Shown here in pieces: positions 57,832 to 64,000 of a DNA stretch of 64,000 bases (position 1 is its first letter; each line of letters opens with the position of its first letter). The translations under genes and the position numbers were made by a program. Below the pieces are notes generated by a model, which saw only the letters and a program-made list of their open reading frames with translations, was not told the DNA's origin and ran no database searches. The DNA is from Candidatus Fraserbacteria bacterium (GTDB lineage: Bacteria; Bipolaricaulota; Bipolaricaulia; RBG-16-55-9; DRXL01), in assembly GCA_947085185.1 (NCBI GenBank), contig CAMTVK010000002.1, forward strand, positions 32,001-96,000, written 5' to 3'.

Positions 57832-58688
57832 GCGAGAGCCTGCCGCGCAAGCTGGGCCCCCAGCTCCGCACACCTTTGCAAGTCTAATTCTTCAAAGAGC
57901 CCATAGAGAAAGCCCGCAGCGAACGCATCTCCCGCGCCGGTCGTGTCGAGCACCCTCTTCACCCGTGGCGCTTCTATTCTGTGGGCGTGCTTGCCGTCGG
58001 TGACATAGCTGCCCTCTGCTCCAAGCGTCACCACGATAATATGCGGACCGACTTTGAGCAGCGTGCGCGTCCCCACAGAAAGATCATCGGTGTGCGTCAG
58101 GAGCTCGAACTCGCGACGATTGAGAAAGAGCACATGCGTTCTCTTCAGAACCGGGAAGAGCACGCGCACCCCCCGGCGCGCCAGCAACGCCCCCGGCGCA
58201 AAACTCACCAAAGTCTTTGGGGAGAGCGCGCGCACCAGCTCACACTGCACGGCCCATTGCTCTTGCCCCACAAACGACGTCATGTGCACCCACCGGGCGC
58301 GCGCCACGTAACTGAGATCTATGTCGGCCTTGCGCAAGAGATTATTGGCCCCCGGCTCAATATAGAGCGTGCGCCTGCCATGCGCGTCTATGAACCCCAA
58401 CGCGCGCCCGGTCTTGGCTTTAGGCTTGATGACGATCCCCGACGTGTCCACCCCCACGCTCTGGAAGCTTTCTAAGAGAATTCTCCCGGCGTCGTCTGAG
58501 CCCACGGCCCCAAGAAACCCCGTGCGCAGCCCCAACTGCGCCAACGCATAGATCGTATTCGCTGCCGAGCCCCCCGGATACGCCCCAACAAACACGACCT
58601 CGCCCTCTTCGTCATCGAGCAGACGCGCCACACGATAGAGCTCATCGAGATTGAGCGCTCCAAACCCGACGATATCAAACGCGCGCAT
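57786..58688 (-). CDS. PfkB family carbohydrate/nucleoside kinase
   Basis: GGSAANT, GAVGSD, DTTGAGDAFAAG. Confidence 0.92.
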   Translation of the reverse strand: MRAFDIVGFGALNLDELYRVARLLDDEEGEVVFVGAYPGGSAANTIYALAQLGLRTGFLGAVGSDDAGRILLESFQSVGVDTSGIVIKPKAKTGRALGFIDAHGRRTLYIEPGANNLLRKADIDLSYVARARWVHMTSFVGQEQWAVQCELVRALSPKTLVSFAPGALLARRGVRVLFPVLKRTHVLFLNRREFELLTHTDDLSVGTRTLLKVGPHIIVVTLGAEGSYVTDGKHAHRIEAPRVKRVLDTTGAGDAFAAGFLYGLFEELDLQRCAELGAQLARQALAQLGGRITPTSRLRQ

Positions 58689-58745
58689 TTTTTTATTATA
58701 CACACTTTGACAAGGTGCGCCGACGTCCGGTAAGCTCTACACTGT

Positions 58746-60260
58746 ATGAGAGCGTTGCTTTCCGTGAGCGATAAGACCAATCTCGAGAAGCTCGCGCACG
58801 GGCTTGTGGAACTAGGCTGGGAGCTCATCTCCAGCGGGGGCACGGCACAGTTTCTCCAAGAGCGAGAGATTCCGGTCACGCCCATCGAGTCTGTGACGGG
58901 ATTTCCCGAGATCTTGCGCGGGCGCGTCAAGACCCTCCACCCGAAAATATTCGGCGGAATCCTCGCCCTGCGAGATGACCCACAGCACGAACGCGAGCTG
59001 GTCGCCCACGCGATCCACAAGATAGACTTGGTCTGCGTCAATTTCTATCCGTTCGTGGAAGCTGCCAAGAAGCCCAATCTGACCGAAGCGCAGCTCATTG
59101 AAGAGATCGACATTGGTGGGCCGTCGCTGGTGCGGGCAGCAGCGAAAAACTTTCCGCACGTCCTGGTGCTGACCGATCCGGCAGATTATGAGAATCTCTT
59201 AGAAGAGCTGCGTCAAGGGGCCGTCTCGGAGCAAACTCGACGACGCTTGGCGCTCAAAGCGCTCGCGAAAGTCGCCGAACTCGATATCGCGATCTATCAG
59301 ACGTTGCAAGAGCGCTGGGCCCTCACGGCAGAAAAACTCTTCTTGGCATACACCAAAACCCAAGAGCTGCGCTACGGCGAGAACCCCCATCAGAAAGCGA
59401 TACTCTATCAGAACGCGCTCGCCCCAGGGCTGACAGCTCACCTCGAAGCCTTGTGGGGCAAGGAGCTCTCGTATAATAATTGGCTCGACACAGAATCAGC
59501 GCTGGCGCTTCTGAGCGAATTGGCTCCCCCCGCGTGCGTGATTATTAAACACAATACTCCGTGTGGAGTTGCGCGAGGGAAGACGCTTCTTGAAGCCTAC
59601 GAGCGCGCCTTAGAGTGCGATCCCATCTCGGCGTTTGGCGGGATCGTCGCGCTTAACCAAGACGTAGACAAAAAGCTCGCCGAAAAGCTTAACGAACTAT
59701 TCTTGGAGATTATCGTCGCGCCAGAGTTCGCGCCCGACGCGCTGCCCATCTTGCAGCAGAAGAGAGACCGTCGGCTCTTGCGATATAGAGACCTGCGCTT
59801 CCCCAAGGAGAGTCTGCGCTTTCTTTCCGGGGACTTGCTCGTCCAAGATGCAGACGCTATCGTCGTCCAAGAGAGCAGTTGGAAGGTGCTCGATAACGCG
59901 GCGCTTTCAGAGTCAGAGAGGCGTGATCTGGTTTTTGCGTTCACCGTGTGCAAGCACGTCAAATCGAACGCGATTGTCGTGGCCAAAGACGAAGCGACCC
60001 TGGGGATTGGGGCGGGGCAGACCAACAGAGTTGGCTCGGCCAAGATCGCCCTGGCGCAAGCGGGAGAGAAGGCGCGCGGTGCAGTGCTTGCATCTGACGG
60101 GTTCTTCCCATTCCCCGACACGGTCGAGTTGGCGGCACAGTACGGAATAGCCGCGATCATTCAGCCGGGCGGCTCGGTGCGCGATGACGCAGTCTTTGCA
60201 GGCGCCAGAAAGCACAAGATCAAGATGGTATTGACGGGGGTGCGGCATTTTCGCCATTGA
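58746..60260 (+). CDS. purH: AICAR transformylase/IMP cyclohydrolase
   Basis: [42 protein letters not shown]. Confidence 0.98.
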   Translation: MRALLSVSDKTNLEKLAHGLVELGWELISSGGTAQFLQEREIPVTPIESVTGFPEILRGRVKTLHPKIFGGILALRDDPQHERELVAHAIHKIDLVCVNFYPFVEAAKKPNLTEAQLIEEIDIGGPSLVRAAAKNFPHVLVLTDPADYENLLEELRQGAVSEQTRRRLALKALAKVAELDIAIYQTLQERWALTAEKLFLAYTKTQELRYGENPHQKAILYQNALAPGLTAHLEALWGKELSYNNWLDTESALALLSELAPPACVIIKHNTPCGVARGKTLLEAYERALECDPISAFGGIVALNQDVDKKLAEKLNELFLEIIVAPEFAPDALPILQQKRDRRLLRYRDLRFPKESLRFLSGDLLVQDADAIVVQESSWKVLDNAALSESERRDLVFAFTVCKHVKSNAIVVAKDEATLGIGAGQTNRVGSAKIALAQAGEKARGAVLASDGFFPFPDTVELAAQYGIAAIIQPGGSVRDDAVFAGARKHKIKMVLTGVRHFRH

Positions 60261-60961
60261 AAGTAATCTTTTTTGATCTTGACGAGACGCTCTTGGACAC
60301 CTCGGGCTGTCGGCCTCCCGCAGTTGAGGCGAGCTTTCGTGTCGCAGTCGGTGCGTATCCTTGGCTGGAGCTGGAGGCGTGGCGCAGGGCTTCTGAGGAA
60401 GTGAAAGCCGAGATGCACGATCTGTGGCTGAACTCTCCCAATTCGGGAGCGGAGCTCCTGCGTGAGGGATCGTATCGCATCTTACTGAAGCTCGGCATAG
60501 ACAATAGAGACGTAGCAACCCAAGCGAGTCAAGCGTACTATCGGACGTGGGTGAGCCAGCTGAAGCTCTTTCCCGAGGTGCGTGAAGTGCTCGCAGCGTT
60601 GCGCGGGCGGTTTCGGTTAGGGGTGATCAGCAACGGGCCGAGCGATCTCCAGAGATATAAGTTAAGACTCTTTGATTTGGAGCGCGAGTTTGACCCCATT
60701 GTGATCTCTGGGGAGGTCGGGGTGGCCAAGCCGGACTCAAGGATTTTTCGCTATGCGCTAGAGCGAGCGGGTGTCTCTGCCAGTGAGGCGCTCTACGTTG
60801 GAGACTCGCCGACTTATGACATTGCCGGGGCGAAGGGCGTAGGGATGAAGGTTGCTTGGGTGAACCGGGGGAAGCAGGCGCTTGCCCAGCCGGGGGTGCA
60901 TCCGGATTATGTGATTGAGGGGGTACAGGAGCTTCTAGAGCTTGTCAAAATGGGAATGTAA
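60257..60961 (+). CDS. HAD-IA hydrolase
   Basis: FDLDETL, SNG, KPD, VGDS..DI.GA. Confidence 0.9.
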   Translation: MKVIFFDLDETLLDTSGCRPPAVEASFRVAVGAYPWLELEAWRRASEEVKAEMHDLWLNSPNSGAELLREGSYRILLKLGIDNRDVATQASQAYYRTWVSQLKLFPEVREVLAALRGRFRLGVISNGPSDLQRYKLRLFDLEREFDPIVISGEVGVAKPDSRIFRYALERAGVSASEALYVGDSPTYDIAGAKGVGMKVAWVNRGKQALAQPGVHPDYVIEGVQELLELVKMGM

Positions 60962-61151
60962 GGGCTTTGAGAATTCGTCGTTGCTGAGGAGGATCAAGGC
61001 TCCGAAGTTGGCGCTCCGCAAAATATTACTACAAGTGTGGGCACAATGCAACGAACTCCTTGAGCGTTCTCCACAGATGTGCCCACGAGAGGATGCCCGC
61101 TTCCGAGAAATCTTGATTTCCTTCTAGAGAAGCGCTATTATTGGAGGCGCT

Positions 61152-61403
61152 ATGAAGAGAGGAGAGCGTTCAAGACGTCAAAAGATTGGCACGGTCTTAG
61201 ACAAAGAGCTTCTCACTGCGGTGAAGGTTTTAGCTCTGAAAGAGCGTAAGCAATTGGCGCAGGTCATCGAGGAAGCGCTATTAGACTATCTCTGGCGTAA
61301 GCGGGCTCAAGACGTTGTCGCTAGAACGTACGGGACACTTCCAGCTCCGCCACAGGTCGTCCAAGCGATTTTGGAAGAGGAACCAGGAATCCTTGAGGGC
61401 TAA
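61152..61403 (+). CDS. Ribbon-helix-helix antitoxin (VapB-like)
   Basis: IGTVLDKELL..VK.LA....VIEEAL..YL; overlaps the PIN gene. Confidence 0.75.
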   Translation: MKRGERSRRQKIGTVLDKELLTAVKVLALKERKQLAQVIEEALLDYLWRKRAQDVVARTYGTLPAPPQVVQAILEEEPGILEG

Positions 61404-61914
61404 ATCTTTGGGTAAGCTGCCTGCAGGCGTACGTGCCTTCATAGACGCAAATATTTTTATCTATCACTTTACTGGCACCTCTCAGGAGTGCAAAGAGTTT
61501 TTGGCACGCTGTGGGCGTGGCGAGGTTTTCGGAGTGACAGGAGTCTTTACCCTCTTAGAAGTCCTGCACCGGCTGATGATGATCGAAGCTACAGTGAAGA
61601 AGCTTGTCACGCCAGGCAGCGTGGCTAAGAAGCTCAGGAGGAAGCCCAAAGCTATAAAACAGCTCAGCAGCTATTACGAGCAGGTAAAGTCCATCTTGGA
61701 GATGGGATTCGATATTATCCCTTTAAGTCGAGAGATCATAGCCACGAGTGAGCGCTATCGCCGAGAGTATGGGCTTCTGGTCAATGACTCGGTCACAGTA
61801 GCTCTGGCTCTCAGTCAAGGGATTTCAACGCTAGTTAGTGCGGATCGGGATTTTGAGCGAGTGGAAGAGCTGGCTGTCTATAGGCCGATGGATATAGCAC
61901 ATGCAAGCCAGTGA
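61393..61914 (+). CDS. vapC: PIN-domain toxin (VapC family)
   Basis: FIDANIF, EV, GLLVNDS, SADRDF. Confidence 0.88.
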   Translation: MRAKSLGKLPAGVRAFIDANIFIYHFTGTSQECKEFLARCGRGEVFGVTGVFTLLEVLHRLMMIEATVKKLVTPGSVAKKLRRKPKAIKQLSSYYEQVKSILEMGFDIIPLSREIIATSERYRREYGLLVNDSVTVALALSQGISTLVSADRDFERVEELAVYRPMDIAHASQ

Positions 61915-61965
61915 GCCAGATGACGAGATCTTCCACGTGCGATCGTTGAGCTCAACGCAGCAACT

Positions 61966-63228
61966 ATGAGAGTTCTCTTAGTCGGCTCCGGCGGACGCGA
62001 GCACGCTCTGGCTTGGGGGCTGGCGCAGTCTCCCAAGCTCTCAAAACTGTATGTGGCCCCAGGCAACGCCGGCACTGCCCAGCTCGGCCAAAACGTCTCT
62101 ATACGCCCTGAAGATCTCTCTGGTCTTGCCCAGTTCGCCCAGCACGAAAAGATCGATCTAGCTGTCGTGGGCCCCGAAGCCCCCATCGTCGCAGGGATTC
62201 GCGAGGTCTTCGACAGAGAAAATCTCACAATGATCGCGCCTCCCCAGAGAGTCTCGTTCTTGGAAGGCAGCAAGGTCCAAGCCAAGGCGTTCATGGAACG
62301 CCATCAGATCCCGACCGCACGCCACGCCAGCTTCGCGAGCTTCGAAGACGCCCTCAGATTCGCGCGCACTATGCCCACCCCCTTGGTCATCAAGGCCGAC
62401 GGTCTAGCTGCGGGCAAGGGCGTCGCCATCGCCCGGACGCACGCCGAAGCTGAAAAGATTCTCTCTGAGTTTATGATCGCCAAAAAATTCGGGGAAGCTT
62501 CCCGGCGCGTCGTCGTCGAAGAATTTTTAGATGGGCGAGAGTTCTCGCTCTTCGTCGCTTCGGATGGGGTCTCTTGGAAGCTCTTGGGCACGGCCCAAGA
62601 TTATAAAAGGCTGCTCGACGGCGACCAAGGCCCAAACACTGGAGGGATGGGCTCGATCTCCCCTGTGCCGTGGCTCACCGAGAGCATGCTCGCTGAGACA
62701 ATACGCAAGATCGTGGCACCGACATTTGCCGCATTACGTCAAGAAAATCTCGGTTATGAGGGCATTCTCTATTTCGGGCTGATCTGGACCGAGCGCGGTC
62801 CGTATGTGTTAGAATACAATGTGCGCTTTGGCGACCCCGAGACTCAAGTCTTAGTGCCGAGATTCGATTTCGATCTGTTAGAACTCTATAGGGCTATCAC
62901 CGAGCGTCGGCTTGAAGACTTTGAGACCAAGCTCAAGCCTATCAGTGCTGTCTGCGTCGTCTTGGCTTCGGGAGGGTATCCGGAGCACTATGAGAAGGGC
63001 TTTCCCATCGAAGGGCTCAATACTATCACAGAGCCCGACGTGATCGTCTTCCACGCAGGCACGGCCTTCAAAGAGAGCCGAGTCATAACGGCCGGAGGCC
63101 GGGTGCTCAACGTCGTTGGGCTAGGCGCTTCTGTGCACGAGGCGCGCGCGCGCGCCTACGCGGCTCTCCAGAAGATTCGCTTTGCAGGGATGCACTCCCG
63201 CACGGATATTGCCGCCCAACTCTGGTGA
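61966..63228 (+). CDS. purD: Phosphoribosylamine--glycine ligase
   Basis: GSGGREHAL, KADGLAAGKG, QDYKR, GPNTGGMG, RFGDPE. Confidence 0.98.
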   Translation: MRVLLVGSGGREHALAWGLAQSPKLSKLYVAPGNAGTAQLGQNVSIRPEDLSGLAQFAQHEKIDLAVVGPEAPIVAGIREVFDRENLTMIAPPQRVSFLEGSKVQAKAFMERHQIPTARHASFASFEDALRFARTMPTPLVIKADGLAAGKGVAIARTHAEAEKILSEFMIAKKFGEASRRVVVEEFLDGREFSLFVASDGVSWKLLGTAQDYKRLLDGDQGPNTGGMGSISPVPWLTESMLAETIRKIVAPTFAALRQENLGYEGILYFGLIWTERGPYVLEYNVRFGDPETQVLVPRFDFDLLELYRAITERRLEDFETKLKPISAVCVVLASGGYPEHYEKGFPIEGLNTITEPDVIVFHAGTAFKESRVITAGGRVLNVVGLGASVHEARARAYAALQKIRFAGMHSRTDIAAQLW

Positions 63229-63303
63229 ATCACAAGCTTCGCGCCCTCCGTGATTCAACGCGCTCGATGTGATATAATAAAACGCTTCTTGAGGAGGAGT
63301 CTT

Positions 63304-64000
63304 ATGGCCGAGATCGAGCTGAGAAAGATCACAGATTTTATCTGGGAGATCCCGCAGACGGGCGGGATGCGCGTCAGCGCGCGCGTCTTCGCCAGCGAAA
63401 AATTATTAGAAAAGATCAAAGAAGACGAGACGCTCATCCAAGCCCGCAATATGACCCATCTGCCGGGGGTATACAACCCCGTCTGCGTTCTGCCCGACGC
63501 GCATCAGGGCTACGGCTTTCCCGTGGGCGGCGTCGCTGCTCTTGACGCCGAGAAGGGCGTTATCTCGCCTGGAGCTATCGGCTATGATATCAATTGTGGG
63601 GTGCGCGTCTGCAAGACGAACTTACACTATGACGATCTTGTGGGCAAAGAGCAGCTCTTGGTCGACACGCTCTTCAGCCAAATTCCCACAGGGATCGGCG
63701 AGGGCTCGATCGTGGGAAAACTCTCCAAAGCGGAGCTGGACAAGGTCGCGGTGCAGGGGGTGCAATGGGCACTGCGCCACGGCTACGCCGTCGAAGAAGA
63801 TTTAGAGCATTGCGAAGATAACGGCGTCCGCCCCGGCGCCGACCCCGATGCCGTCTCCCATGAAGCCAAGGAGCGCGCACAAAAACAATTGGGCTCATTG
63901 GGATCAGGCAATCACTTCTTAGAAGTCCAGCGAGTTGTCGAAATCTTTGACGAAGCCGTGGCGCGAGAGTTTGGGCTCTTCCAAGATCAGATCGTGGTGA
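63304..64000 (+). CDS. rtcB: RtcB RNA ligase, 3' truncated by window edge
   Basis: SD GAGGAGGAG; PDAHQGYGFPVGG, GYDINCG, QLGSLGSGNHFLE. Confidence 0.95.
   Translation, partial: MAEIELRKITDFIWEIPQTGGMRVSARVFASEKLLEKIKEDETLIQARNMTHLPGVYNPVCVLPDAHQGYGFPVGGVAALDAEKGVISPGAIGYDINCGVRVCKTNLHYDDLVGKEQLLVDTLFSQIPTGIGEGSIVGKLSKAELDKVAVQGVQWALRHGYAVEEDLEHCEDNGVRPGADPDAVSHEAKERAQKQLGSLGSGNHFLEVQRVVEIFDEAVAREFGLFQDQIVV

Overview
A 64-kb stretch of a GC-rich bacterial chromosome, mostly housekeeping. Gene content (Thermotoga-style long NusG, Omp85-Skp-FabZ without lpx genes, CsaB, several archaeal-like enzymes) suggests a deep-branching diderm such as Bipolaricaulota/Acetothermia; this is inference only. 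It holds menC, a broken hicBA, recO, a large S8 protease, a split isocitrate dehydrogenase, the tRNA-tuf-rpmG-secE-nusG-rplKAJL-rpoB cluster (no rpoC), yraN and comM separated by four genes, bamA-skp-fabZ, murD, an aro operon, recAX, csaB, udp, HU, a purine cluster with a vapBC pair, and the start of rtcB. The most notable region is 37.7-44.4 kb. Two direct copies of a ~200-240 bp TGT...ACA element with internal inverted repeats bracket a 6.2-kb His/Cys-rich cargo, and each copy supplies a -35 box to the next promoter. The cargo begins with a CsoR-like operator and a CruR/CutF-like leader ORF (signal peptide, CxxC, terminal RPP), pointing to a mobilisable metal (probably copper) module under two layers of control. 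Also absent from the ORF track: a Phe-rich leader peptide before aroF, rpmG, a 31-aa membrane peptide and many apparently leaderless starts. All family calls come from motif recognition by eye; no searches were run.
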